From: Glaucostegus cemiculus
Lineage: Eukaryota
DNA: 64,000 nucleotides
Assembly (NCBI GenBank): GCA_976551045.1
Contig: CDPCPM010000091.1
Span: 1 to 64,000, forward strand
Direction: 5' to 3'
Both the position numbers and the translations under genes were made by a program. Below are positions 50,301 to 63,533 of this stretch, in pieces; within the stretch, counting starts at the first letter, position 1, and every line of letters begins with the position of its first letter. The notes under the pieces are model-generated. The model saw only the letters and a list, made by a program, of their open reading frames with translations, had not been told where the DNA came from and made no database searches.

Positions 50301-52208
50301 ATTGTCAGCCTCTTGGTGGTGTCCTGGTGGGTGCTCTCAGGAAACAGAAGATGCAAATTTAAAATTATAGTGTAGTCCTGAGAATAATCAGAATGTTGTC
50401 AATAATGCAAAAAGAAATTGCAGCTATGTGATATCACCATAGACACTGCAACTATTTTCCTTGGAACAAAGAGGGTCAAAAGGCATCCTTGTAAAAGCAA
50501 TTAATGCCAAAAATATAGACCCCTACATCTGGTTGGTTGTGTAATGATGAGCATTAATTTAGAGCAAGAAAGAAGAATTTTGTAAAAAGAAAGCTTTGAG
50601 GGATGGACTGCTTTGCCTCAGGGATTGATTGAAATACAGCCCATAAAAAAGGAAAATAGCATGCATATTTAAGTGGATGGACCAACAGAATCATTAGGCA
50701 TAGACTATAGGCAACAGTTTTTGATTGCTATACATGGGTTTGCTCAGACACAAGGAAATTAATTATCTGCTGTCCTATAAAATTTCACACTATTGTAGTG
50801 ATTGGGCCAACTTTGATTTTGGTTTTGTTCTACAGGCGTACAATTCTTTGAAATGCTTGGAAAGGGCTTCACACAAGGAACCTGCAGCTTTGAATAATGT
50901 TTTAGTTTGGATGAACCACAGTCACTATAGCAAAGTAATATACCCACGCATGAAACATGACATTAATCCACTTCAAGTTGTAGTTTTATTCAGAGTTAAT
51001 AACCTGCTGGGTAGCACATAATAAAATTACCAGTATCAAAATTAAATTTCTGTTGAATGCTTTGCTAGAAACCACTTTCAATGTGCCATTCACATATCTC
51101 TATGGTATCCAATGAACAGAGGTGACCTATAATAATATCATTTAGTCAATTTAATGGAATTATTTTGTTGTCTGTGTAAGTGAGTGAAAAAAAAACTCCT
51201 GAGCAGACACATACATACAGCTGAACTACTTGAAGACGACAGATCACCATGTTTCTCGCTTGTATTCCTCAAAAAACACATCAGATTCCATATTCTACCT
51301 TGGCCTCAAAAAAACTTGAAAACCATAAAAATGGCTTCAATTTTGTTTTAGTTTAGTTTTTATTGAGAATCAAGACCAGTGCAGCCAGAGTTCACAGCCA
51401 GCAAACTAGTAGAAGTACGATTTTAAAACCAACTTTTTAAAACATTTCAGATATGAAAGATTAAAACATACAAGATGACAGGTAAAATATACACAAACTC
51501 TAAAATCCTTCTGAAAAAGGTCCACAGAATTTTTAAATACGAGGGGAATGCCAATGTATGAGTGCAGTTGATTTCCTTTTGCAAGCTGCTAAGTGGTACT
51601 GACTTAGTATGCCATTTAAAATCAAATTGCACTTCCTGCAACAAAACATTGGATTCTCAGAGGGTTTTTTGTTTTAGAAACAATGAGAATGGCTCATAAT
51701 TAAATGAAGATCTTTTTAGTTCACCGATTTCTGAAGGTTATGCTGGAGAAAGCCTCAAGACAATGCACCCTGTGGAGAAGCAAGAAATCGCTGACAGCAA
51801 CCTCTGCAGTTAACTGCGCCTCATGTACTCCAGAAGTTGCTGTCAGAATTCCTTCATTATAACAGTGGATGCCAATAGTTTCTATGTTATTTCTCACTAC
51901 TAAATCCAGGCCAATATAAACACCAAACACTCGTCAGGATCTGGACCTACTTTATGAAATTTGAAATCACTCACATTGTGTTTTGCAATGTTATCATCTT
52001 TGTGGCTCTTAACTTCAGGTACTTTTGAGTACCCATCTCACACTACCATTTGATCATCAAAATAAAAAGGACATTCACTTGTGCATTACTCATTTAAAGA
52101 ATTCAAATGAGGAGCAACCTTGGTCACTTTGAATTCAATAAGATTAAAGTCATTTGAGTTATCCCAAACGGAAGTTAATTTTGGGGAAGAAAATAATCAA
52201 ATACTTAC

Positions 52209-52397
52209 AACGACAATTTGTAGTCTGCCACTCCATACACTGCCCGTATGGGAAAGAGATTACATAAGTATTGGAATCCACACAACGTCGAGCACTGCTG
52301 CACCACATGCATTCTACACCCTGGCTTGTGCAATTTGAACACGTTGTTCTGAAGGAGCAGGGAGTCTTGCATGGTCTTGCACTTTGATTTGGACTTA
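52209..52397 (-). CDS. ATRNL1: Attractin-like 1 internal exon (PSI domain); about exon 17
   Basis: ttttgtag|TA AGT CCA AAT...TGT CGT T|gtaagt. It is 189 nt, phase 1 to 1, and encodes (V)SPNQSARPCKTPCSFRTTCSNCTSQGVECMWCSSARRCVDSNTYVISFPYGQCMEWQTTNCR. Confidence 0.96.
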
Positions 52398-53869
52398 CTA
52401 CAAAAGAGCAAAAAAGCACCTCAAAATTTGTCAAGCAATAATTCCCAGCAAGTTGCAATGGAAATGACAATGTAATGCACTTAATGACTTTGTAAAAAGG
52501 GCAAATGGTATTTTTCTTTGTACAGTAATTAATTTATATATAACCATTGCCAAGAGATTAGTGGAAAATCCTAATGCATTGGGCTATAAATGCATTTTGA
52601 AATAGGAACTTAAACAGCTTTTGCAATTCTATTAACAATGATATTTTAACCTATTACATTGGTTAGTTAACCCGACACTACACAGGATAAGTTAGCAACA
52701 TACTTGATCATTACAGCTAACCAGTTGTAAATTTTGCAAATATTAGAAGTGGAAGAATTCTACACACTTTGGAGCTTTTGCAATTACAAATACCACGCCT
52801 GCTACAAGAGGAGTTATCCAATCTAGTGCAAAATTGTAAAAATTATTAGACAGGAGCATCACTGGCCTGTTGAACTCTAAAACTTAAAATCTGCTTTATT
52901 TTACATCTGAAGGTCCAAATGTAATCCAGTTTGACAGAGCAGTAATTCTCCCGTGATGATGTCAGGCAAGGCACCAAGATTCTGGCATGTTAACTGTGAA
53001 AGACATAATTAAAGCAGAAAGTGCAATGCAATACAGGGGAAGTGCAGGAAAACTTGCCCAAGAAATGCAATTTCAGTGCATGCACTATTTATTGGACAGC
53101 CAGTTCATTGCTAACCCTTTCCACTGAGGGAGGAACAGAATGAACATGGGATCAATTATCATGACCATCTTCCCGGAGAGAACTGGCTGCTGCAAGGCTA
53201 GATTAGCCAGGAGAGCACAAGCAATTTGAGGTATTAATACTCTCCAGACTCTTGAACAAGAACCCTCCCTATATCACAGCTGTTAATATTTTAAGTGCTG
53301 GGGTGGAGGTGGGGGAAGATGGTGAGTAATTAGCTGTCAGAATCTCGCTGGTACAAAAGGAAAGATGATACGCTTCCCTCTATAGTTCCCTTGCTTTTGT
53401 AAAATGGGGTGTTCTTGACCCAGCACCCACTGGAACAGCATGGTGCTTGAAACAAGCATTCATTCCTTGACCTAGCATGACATATCTATCTTCAATGATT
53501 CCATGCTGCAAAGCTAACCCCTACTGAGCAGCCTAGGCTGATGCAGGTATCCAGTTTTAAGATGTAAAATGATCTAATCTGGGACACTGAACACCATCTA
53601 ATTCTTCACTTGAAAGTATCTGCTGTTTCAGGGTGTTAGCACACAGTGATAGTGCTGGCTAGCTTGTGCTGGTGGATCCAATTCTATCCAACTTCAAATT
53701 TTTGCCTTTCTCACCTCTTTTGAAGATATTTGGCAGAGCTTTGAGAAATTTGCTTAGAATAATTTTGCCTCTATTTTCACATTACAGAATACATGACAGA
53801 GGAAATTGGTTTCCTTGAGAGTGACAAAAAGGTCTGCAGTTACAGATACATACTTTAACTCCATGTATG

Positions 53870-54345
53870 GGAATCATGGAACCTGAGATCTGTACGGCAC
53901 AGGTGCTGACCATTTGGCCCATCACACCCATGTTAACAGAAAGTGGTTATTTCTATTTCCCAGGTTCTTAATCTGTAGCCTTGCAGTTATGGTTCTTCAC
54001 AGGCTTATCCCAGCCACCTTTTAAATGTGGCAAGGCTTTGGAAGGATATGGATCATGTGCAGGCAGAAGAGATTTTGTTTAATTTGGCATCATGTTTGGC
54101 GCAGACATTGTGGACCGAAGGGCCTGTTCCAGTGTTGCCCTATACCTCCCACTGCACTCTTGAGCAGTAGGTTCCAGATCCCCACTGGGTGAAAAAAATC
54201 TTTCATCTTCCACCAATTAACTTAAATCTCCATCCTACAAGTTACTGATGACCTAATCAAAACAACAGGTCCTTCCTCTTCACCCTGCCAAAGTCTGAAT
54301 GTTGTACACCTCAATTAAATGTTTCCTCGGTGTTCTTTGTTCCAA
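53870..54345 (-). mobile_element. Decayed CR1 3' end containing a nested opposite-strand CR1 tail (about 54040-54140)
   Basis: Outer reverse-complement blocks are gaccatttggcccatc, ttccagatccccactgggtgaaaaaa and gtacacctcaattaaat. The inner plus-strand tail is ggatatggatcatgtgcaggcaga...gaagggcctgttcc. Confidence 0.65.
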
Positions 54346-54711
54346 ATGAAATAGAATGCAGCCTGTCTTTCATAAATAAAAATCTGCTGACACATCAACA
54401 TCCCCTTTCTGTTCAATAAGTTCTGAAAAATCTGTTTATTTAAAGCTTCTTTACAACCTTAAATTTTGTTACAGGTAACAATGCAGTTGGCATTATAATG
54501 TCATCAATTTTTTTTTGCATTTCAAATTTACATATGATCTGTTGTCCTTTATCATCAATATGCACTGTAGATAGTGAGAAGCTGCACTAAAAAAACTTTT
54601 TTCCAGCAGAAATCCACATTTAGGATGCTCCAATGATAAACTTAGTCACTTTCACTTTTCCTTAAAATAAGGAATCCTGTTATTGCCATTGTTGATGTTT
54701 CATACACGTAT

Positions 54712-55160
54712 TTAGAGTCAGAGTCACACAGCACTGAAACAGGCCCTTCAGCCCAATTGGTCCATGTTGGCCAAGATGTCCATCCAAGCTATACTCACTT
54801 CCCAACTTTGGCCATAACCTTCTAAACTGTTCCATGTACCTGTCCAATTATCTTAATAAAAGTTGTTTTTGTGCCTCAATTACTTCCTCTAGTAGCTCAT
54901 TTCACATACATACCACCCTCTGTGCAAAAAAAGTTGCCCTTCAAGTTCCTGTTGAATCTTTCCCCTTAAACCTTTGCCCTTAATTCTTGATTTCTAAACC
55001 CTGTGAAAAAGACCGAGTGCATTCACCCTATCTATGTCCTTCATGATTTTATACACCTCTGTAAGATCACCTCTCAGTCTCCTGCACTCTAAGGAATAAA
55101 GTCCAAGCCCGTCCAAACTCTCCGTGTAAACGAGTCCCTCAAGTCCTGGCAGCATTCTTG
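54712..55160 (-). mobile_element. CR1 LINE 3' end
   Basis: agagtcagagtcacacagcactgaaacaggcccttcagccc...ccaccctctgtgcaaaaaaagttgccct...attttatacacctct. Confidence 0.9.
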
Positions 55161-55327
55161 CACTTAATTCCATATTGTTTTATTTTTGAAAGCTTGAAAC
55201 ACTGGCTATTCAAAATTCAGCAAGATGCAATTTGAGGAAGTTAATGAGCCTGAATGAATAAAATAGCCTTTTCCCATCATTAGCTTTTCTGTTCTGAAAA
55301 TATCCCTCTGCCCATAACAGCACTCAT

Positions 55328-55435
55328 CCCGAAACGTCGATTGTTTATTTCCCTCTATAGATGCTGCCTGACCTGCTGAGTTCCTCCAGCACTCTTGGTA
55401 CGTTGCTCCAGACTCCAGCATCTGCAGATTTTTTT
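55328..55435 (+). mobile_element. Penelope-like terminal fragment
   Basis: cccgaaacgtcga..atagatgctgcctgacctgctgagttcctccagca..ctccagcatctgcag; begins at the GAAACGTC half of the hammerhead. Confidence 0.75.
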
Positions 55436-56044
55436 GTGGCTTCATTTTAATTGTTGCACTATCATTGCAGAGAAAAGGAAAATATTCCCAGATAGGAGAG
55501 CTAACATCTTTGTTGAGAAGACACCTAGTGTGCACTGATGAGTGAAGTAGTTACTAAGTATCAATGGATAATCTGATCATAACACTACATCCTGCATTTT
55601 AGATACTATTTCAAAGCAAATCTTTTCATTTTAACAGTAATGTTTAACATCTTGCATTCTCCACAAGTTATTTTTTCTTAATTATCTCTATATTATTTTC
55701 TTAACAAAGTAGATAGTATAAATACCAAATTAGCACAGAATTAGGGAAGGAACATTTTTGGATAAACAGGCTTTTTCTTAAAAAACACTAAATATTTCAT
55801 GCTTCTTTGAATTAAGTGCAAGTCTGCCCCCTAGAGTATGAAATCGGATTTTAATGTTGATCAAAAATTTGTGAAAACCTGTGACATTTCTGGCATATCC
55901 CAGTGTATGAGGAATTTGTTTTGTAATGCAGTACTTGAAGAAAACTGAGAAATAATAAGCGAGTTAAATTATTGTATTTCTCAGATGCAGTTTGAAGATG
56001 ATCTATTCAGTCAGGCTCTTTTTGCTTGGATGATATCAATGTCT

Positions 56045-56140
56045 CAGATCTAAAACATTAACTCTGTTTCTCTTCCAAAGCTGCCATCGAACCTGCTGAG
56101 CTGTTACATCATTTTCTGTTTTTATTTCAGATTTCCAGCA
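56045..56140 (+). mobile_element. Older Penelope-like terminal fragment
   Basis: aaacattaactctgtttctctt..acctgctgag..cattttctgtttttatttcagatttccagca; a related scrap lies at about 57052-57100. Confidence 0.6.
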
Positions 56141-56207
56141 CTTGTGGTATATATTTGTTTTATATTCCACAGGCTTTCAAAGCATTGTTAGTGCAATAAA
56201 ACATCCC

Positions 56208-56503
56208 ATGTATAAAACCATGAGGTGTATAGATGGGATGAATGCATATAGTCTTTTAGCCAGGGAAGGGGATCTAAAAATTAGGGGGCATAGGTTTAAG
56301 GTGAAAGGTGAAAGATTTAAAAGGGACCTGAGGGGCAACTTCTTCACGCAGAGGGTGGAGCATATATGGAACGAGCTGCCAGAAGAAGTGGTTAAGGTAG
56401 GTACCATAACGCAGGCAAATGGGACAAGCTTGGTGAGCACCATGGTCGGCATGGATGAGCTGAGCTGAAGGCCTGTGTCCATGCTGTATTACCCTATGAC
56501 TCT
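56208..56503 (+). mobile_element. CR1 LINE 3' end
   Basis: ORF 56142-56468 contains RGHRFKVKGERFKRDLRGNFFTQRVEHIWNELPEEVV; tail ctatgactcta. Confidence 0.92.
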
Positions 56504-56889
56504 AAGTATCACAAAGCAAGACAAGAAAGACAGAAAGCAATGAAGTGATTAGTCACGTCTGCTTGGAAGATCTTAAGTGGTAGGGTTAGTGGAGGTTTTT
56601 GAAAGAAGCAGAGTTAGCAAGGATAACTGACTTTTGGAAAATGGTACAGTGAGCCAGGTTGAAAAATAAAGAATGAAGAATACAAAGGTGGTTAGGGATC
56701 AGGAGAGCAGAAGCATGATAGACTAATTTACATTTCAGGAATGAGCATAATGAGGCTTTTGAGAGACTTGTAAATGAAGTGGAGTATTTTGAAGTTGGTG
56801 CTTTAGTAGACCGACAGCTAGAGATTGTTGGCTAGCACAGGGCAACAAGATAATTGACAAAGTCTTAGACAGAAGAGTAGATAGGAAGA

Positions 56890-56957
56890 GCCCCATGGTT
56901 GGCATGGACTGGTTGGGCCAAAGGGCCTGTATTCATGCTATATTGCTCTATGACTCC
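56890..56957 (+). mobile_element. CR1-type tail fragment
   Basis: ggcatggactggttgggccaaagggcctgtattcatgctatattgctctatgactc. Confidence 0.75.
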
Positions 56958-57253
56958 ATTATCAGATATGAACAAGTACTAACGACAATTCCAGAGACTA
57001 CCAGGGGATACATTCCTAATTATGATAAGGAATTTTGCTCTGATCCTCATTCTTCTTCCATAGATGCCGTCTAACCCGCTGAGTGTTTCCAGCATTTTTT
57101 GTAGAAATTCTGCCTCTCGTGGCCCCGCCATCTTAGAGAAAATGTTCATGCCAAGCATCAAATTTACTGGTTTTTTTAAGTTCTGCTTGTGTCTGGGTTA
57201 ACATTAAAGTAGCTTCACCGAACACTCGTGCATCAAGGTAAATAAAAACTTAC

Positions 57254-57467
57254 CAACTGGCTTTTCACAGACTAAGCCATCTGTCACTTCAGTGCATGCA
57301 TAAGCCTTTAAACCAGCAACTTCTGCTTTTACTAGGTATGCACAGAAGCCAGAGTCATTGGGTTCACCAGGCAGCCACTGTAAGGTAGTATTCGTAAAAG
57401 GTGACATATCTTCCCAGCCCCAGTAGGAGATGTTGATCTTGCGCAATCCAACCCAAGGTGATATTTT
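57254..57467 (-). CDS. ATRNL1: Attractin-like 1 internal exon (C-type lectin, C-terminal half); about exon 16
   Basis: taacag|AAA ATA TCA CCT TGG...CCA GTT G|gtaagt. It is 214 nt, phase 0 to 1, and encodes KISPWVGLRKINISYWGWEDMSPFTNTTLQWLPGEPNDSGFCAYL...LVCEKPV. YWGWED and GEPNDSG match ATRNL1 rather than ATRN as I recall the human proteins. Confidence 0.96.
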
Positions 57468-58030
57468 CTGTTATAACCAAGGCAAAAAAAGAGAAGGAAC
57501 AATTAGCCCAATGGTTACACAAGTGGTCCTTGCTTCCTTTCGAAATCAATACTCTTATGCTTATACTTAGTTTCATTGATTTTTGTTTCACCGTAATTTG
57601 CAAGAAAAAATTCTGAATGCATTTCAATTACTGCTTCTTTTTCCACAACAGTGGGTATTAATGTTAGTTCCATCTGGAAGTAAAAATGGAGACACTTCCA
57701 TTGTGTACCTTTATACCTGACAGATCTCCATCATAAAAGAAGCCACTGAAATGTCCTTGGATCATTAACACTGACGAACATATTTCATATTATACAAATG
57801 CATCATAACTATATCAAATAAATCTGCTTAGTTGCTAAATTGAATGCACTGTCCCACATCCTTAATTTAAGGAAATACATATATCAGTCCCTCTATAATG
57901 TAAGTATCATCATGCTTCAATATTCTCTTGCTATATCTTTATGGAATGTCAGGTTTTGTTAATATTAAAAAAACATGCAAAATAAGCAATACCAAATTAC
58001 ACGGCATGCAATTACTCAGTTGTCTTGGGT

Positions 58031-58062
<32 letters not shown>

Positions 58063-58753
58063 CAGAAACAATATGGCACAACAGAAAACAATATTAGTTA
58101 CCTCAGAACCCAGCCCTGGCTAATAAGATTAAAGTCTCATCTTTGCCAGGTAAAAAGATCAAAATAACACCTTGTATCCACCACTTCAAAGTTAAAAAGT
58201 GGCCACAGCTGACAAACTCACAAATCCAGTCATGTCTTGTGTGAAAAATAAAAACTATTAACTCTTTAGTTTTCAGTGTCAATATTTACACTTCCAAATC
58301 CTACACAGTCCAGATACTCCCAAAATTTCACCACAACACTTTAATTATATTCCAGTCAAAGTAATAATTCCCTTTTCCTTCAAGGCTTACAGCATCATTG
58401 CTTGTGAATAGAAAAGGGAGTACTGCTGAGTTAAAGAAAGCAAAGCAAAACTAAGCACTGTCTGCAGTGTGAAAATTTATAGGATCCAACATGTAGTCTT
58501 TGTCTCCATGTACAGCTACTTGGATGGACTTGCATGGTTTAGCAGTTTGGGGTAGAGTTAAGAGATATCATAAATACATGACAATGCGTATCTAGTCTTA
58601 GAACTAGCTCTCACTTTCCAATGGAGTTCAGCCAAAAATCTCTCAATCATTGTTCTCAGGCCTTTGCTAACTGACTAATAGTTCTTGGTAAAAGAGTGTG
58701 CACAGTTGGCAAAAGGATATAGTAATCTTCAGAAAATTATAGCAGGAATGTAG

Positions 58754-58893
58754 AGAAACAAAGGACTGCAGATGCGGGAATCTAGATGAAAAACACGACA
58801 ATGCTGGAGGAACTCAGCAGGCCAGGCAGAGATTTGTGAAAATGTTCTACACTGCCTGGCCTGCTGAGTTCCTTGAGCATCATCGTCTTTTTC
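58754..58893. mobile_element. 140-bp Penelope-derived fold-back insertion with 15-bp target-site duplication
   Basis: Arms 58786-58829 and 58852-58895 are complementary at 39 of 44 positions. atagcaggaatgtag is directly repeated at 58739-58753 and 58894-58908. Confidence 0.85.
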
Positions 58894-59269
58894 ATAGCAG
58901 GAATGTAGCTGCTTAGTCAAAGTACTAGCACTTTTATTATACACCTAGCAATTTATCTTATAGAGATGAATCCACTGTGGTTGTAGGAGCTAAAATGGAA
59001 AAATTGTTTTATTATCAATACTAATGAAAGGGAAATGGATAGCACCTCACAGCAGCAGAGAACAAGGTGGATCAATAGCTAGAAAATACACAATAGAGAA
59101 CAATAGCCCAGAATTCAACTGCATGTTATTTAAAAAGGTGGCACATGAATCAGTTGTGTCCCAGGCCTCAAGCACTACCGATATTTACTGCTGAGAGCCC
59201 ACAACTAAAATGGCCATTGGACATCATGCCACAACCACACAGCACACCTATGGCACAGGTCAATTCTAA

Positions 59270-61690
59270 GGAAAGAGCAGGAAGGTGATGAGGGAAACAA
59301 GGTTCATGAACTACAACTGCAAGTTTCACTAAATTATGATACTCTTGTTATGAAGAGGATGATTAAACAAGAGCAGAATTGGGAAGATAGCATTCTTGCC
59401 TACAATGTATTTAAACTAGCAAGGCAAGAGCAAAAAATAATGACAATGCCAAGAGGTTGGAGATGGCTGGTAATAGTGAATAAGCATTGAAATTACACCC
59501 CAGAGCAACAGTTCAACAAATGGTAAAGAGCCAGAATTTATCATGTTAGGGTTAAGGAACACTCAAGGTGCAACTGCGTTGTTGAATGCTTGATATGGAG
59601 CCTCAAATAATGGATAGGTGGCAGAGGTGCCAATCTCCGGGCAGATATTAGAGAAATATAAAAGTAGGTAGAGGCGAGGGACCATCGCTCCTCATATCGG
59701 AGACTGATTGTGAACATTTACAAAAGGGGAGGACGTGAAAGTGTGAGAGAGTACTTGTTAAAGGGGGAAAAGAGAATGGAAAAAGTGAAGAGCAAAGGAG
59801 GAAGAATTCCTGAAATACTGCAATGATTTTAGAATTTGAGAATGAATGAAATACAAGTACTTTCAGTTCTGTAGAATGAAATAGGACAACATGGCAGATG
59901 GAATATTACGAAAAGCAAATCCCTTGCAGTGGTGGGGCAAATAACCGTGGGAATAATTGAAAACAATGCATCCATCTTATTGAGGATGAAGTGATACATA
60001 ATGCAGAGATTGCTGTAGAAGCAAGGGGATGGGGCAAGTGTGATAGAAGAGTGGTGATCTTATATAGATAAAAGGAGAAGTGACGTAGGTTGGAAACTAT
60101 ACAAGTTAACAAGCCACTTTGCAGAAGAGATGTATCGTTGGTTTTACCCAATCTGCTACTTGCAGCATTCCCTGTTTTAGTGCATCCTAGGTGGTTGAGA
60201 CAAACCAAAGTGGAGACATGCAAAGCATCTCTGACCAGAATCGTTCAGTCTGCCTTGGATACGAGATTGGAGGACATCAAACATGGAAGAGGTCATTGTT
60301 TAAAGAGAAGAACAATTTTAAGCACTGACTGAAAAACAAGCTGAACTTTCAAAAGGAAACCAGGAGACAAGGGAAACTAATTCACACATCCACACACTGG
60401 ATTGTTTTCAGAAGAGCCAGGAAGGATTTGATGGTCCAAATGGTCTTTGTGTTATATTGATTCTATGATTCCCAATAAATCTGTGAACTAAATGCTGAAC
60501 TAAAGTCAGTGGTGAAGGCAGTATTAGATTCCAGTGACATTTCAAGAAGCATAGATTAATAAAGTACTGTCAGCATAGATTCCTAAAAGGCAATTCATCT
60601 CTGACTTACCTGACTGAGCTCTTTAATGAAGGTTATTTAATTATGTTGCATTTAAGGGCTTTCAAAGGCATTTCATAAGTACAACAGAAAAGACATCACC
60701 AGAAAATATTATACAAATGGTAACCTGGGAATATATTTGGTTAAGATGCAAGAAGCAAAATGTAGTGCTGAATGGATGTTTTCCTAACTGGTGATGTGTA
60801 CATAGTGGGGTCTGCATTAGCAAAGTGTTTTTTTCAATTATACAAGTGACCAGGGTTGGGAATACAGGTCTTCCCCAGGTTATGAACATCTGACTCATGG
60901 GTAGCCTGGACATACGAATGAGCATTTGGGAAACCGGCAGGATGGACTTGCGAGCTACTGCAGGCATCTTCTGCCATGTGGGAACTCTGTTTGAGGCATT
61001 GGTTAGCCTGTGCTTTTATTTAAATACATTGCCAGGTGACTACATTTCCAACTTGCGAACTGTTTGGGAATGAAAGGAGCTTTATTTTGGGTGGGCTAGA
61101 CCATTTTCACAAATCTTTGAAGCTGGCAGGTAGAAAATGTTATGTGAAACACCCAACTGAAAACTGAGCTTTGGAAAATGGCACGAAATACACATCAGCA
61201 ACAGCAAACCACGTTATAAATGTTTAACTGGAGATCAGCCAGACTGTTGCATATAACACCGAGCACCGCTCTCTAGGAAGGACCCGTGGAAGGATACGAA
61301 GGCAGCCTATCAGGATTACATCCAGAATGAAGACTTAGGTAAGTAAGGGAATCAAGAGGTATTCTAAACTTTAAATCAGTTTATTAGAAAAAGTAGGGAG
61401 AAGCTGTTTCCTTGGACAAGATGAGCTATGGAAATAACATATCAAATAATTGGCATAACTCAAAATGAGGAGGAAATACTTCAGAGGGTTCTTAAGGTCT
61501 GGAACACAGATCCCAAAAGGTGTGGTGGAATCAAATTCTCTTGGCACTTTCAAAAGGTAATTGAACCTGTACATGAAGGGGACTGTTTGTGTAAATGTGA
61601 GGATAAAGCAAGAGAGAGGATTAAACTGGATAACTCATTCCAAGAGGCAACTCAGGCACAATTGGCCAAAAAGTCTGTCCTTCACAATTC
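59270..61690 (+). mobile_element. Patchwork of very old CR1-like remnants with unassigned sequence between them
   Basis: Scattered blocks: gaggtcattgtttaaag, ttcctaaaaggcaattcatctctgacttacctgactgagctcttt, tttcaaaggcatttcataa and ttcagagggttcttaaggtctggaac. Confidence 0.45.
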
Positions 61691-63533
61691 CATTGACATC
61701 CCTCCGGGTTTTGGTTACAATTTTTCCCAAAAGAAATTGAGTAAGGAGGGATAAATAGTTGCTGAATTTTGCCATCAAATTTCATAAATGTCAGACACTA
61801 CAGTGCATGCTGAAATTCCAATTACAATAGGGTAGCTCTCCAAAGAATAAACTCATGCCTCACACAAAAAACTGCAGCGCTCAATTTAAAAAAAAATGAT
61901 AACTTGGCTTCAAACCCAAGGGCTGAACTGAAAAGAAAGTCTTAGAATCTAATCTTAATAAATCCCTTCTCTGTTTTATGTCATAAATCTTATTAAAGAG
62001 AATCCACTGTTCCTTAGGTCAAGTGAGATCGAAGCTGCTAACTACTTGTTTCAATGATTGACCATCTACTGCTCACTTCCCAAATCCATAAGGAACTACA
62101 CACAAAAGACTGTTTTATTTAACAAGCATTTGAAAGCATGGAGTCTTCAGATAACAAATAAGAAAACACAAGATAAACTTTATTTTTTGACTTTCAGTCA
62201 TTGTGAATGTAGTCATCATGCACAATGAGGTCCAACAATGCTTTTTCATGAAAGAACTAGACAGACAAATTAATAACAAACATGTATTTGAACTGGGTTT
62301 AAAGAACAAGGCAGCCAAACAATCCTCTTACTATGTGAAAGCAGCAAACAAAATTCTGCTCGGTTCCTGCTCTTCATACTGAGCTACAACACTGCTGACC
62401 CAGCTTAAGTTCTACAACATACCACTTGGTGCAGTGTCATGCAGAAATTAGATGAAGCACCTCAACAAAGTTGTCCCACAAGCCTGAGCAATAATGTTAA
62501 TGTTATCATTGGTCACTGGGTTTGAAAACAAAAATGTACATGAAGGAAGCAGCACTTTCAATTGAACAAAAATACAATGCATTTCAATTTCTCTACAGTG
62601 CAGATTCCGTTCACATATTAAGCTGGGGGTTATTATCATTTCAAAGAGGATTAATACTCAGCTATTTCATGCAAGCTACCTCGATTTCACGCCAAGTACG
62701 ATGAGCTGTCATTGTGTCGATTATCCTAGAAACAATGAGATATTATGCCCACTGGACTGTTTCAGGTCCAACTCCCGTTTTTGCTATAAACTTCACAGCC
62801 AGTGAAAGTTCAGTTTCACGTGTTCATCTTCACAAAAATTGAAGAGCTGCAAGTTTACTGTCTAACGTTTAATTGTAGCTTGGATTTCACATAAACAAGC
62901 AACAACACAAAACGCATGTGTGAATATGCCAGATTAGCAGATGCAGAGAGAGAGTGAGAATTGGTTCTCATCACAATTATGGTTTATCATAATGTTGATC
63001 AACATATTTTTCTAGTCACAGGTTTGAAACCACAACTTCTAACAATACTTTAAATTGAATGCTAAACTTTCATATATTATATCATGCATTCTTCACATTT
63101 CTCCATTTCCAGTATGAGGTAACATGTATCAAGCTGCAAAGCCAATATTCTATTCATATTAAAATGACTTAGTACCTCAACCTTCTAAAGTTAGGACAAT
63201 ATAGGATGAATTACTGACTCACTCTCACAACAGTAGAAAACTCATGATAATGTCACTGCCTATAGGAATTTGGCTGAGAATAAGTCATTCATTCTACGTT
63301 ATAAATGGTTGGTTTAAATATTAATTATCTATTCATATAAGCCATCAGTACATCTGAACATACTGGATCCCATAATCCAAAATGGCCTCTCAAAGACAGG
63401 TCTATAATTTATAGTGTTACTTCTGTTATTACAGAGAATCACAACAATACAATATCTGAATGTGCTGCAACATGAATCCTCTGAATGTGAAAAATCAGAC
63501 ACATTGTAAAAATAATTCCTCAGCTTTGATTAC

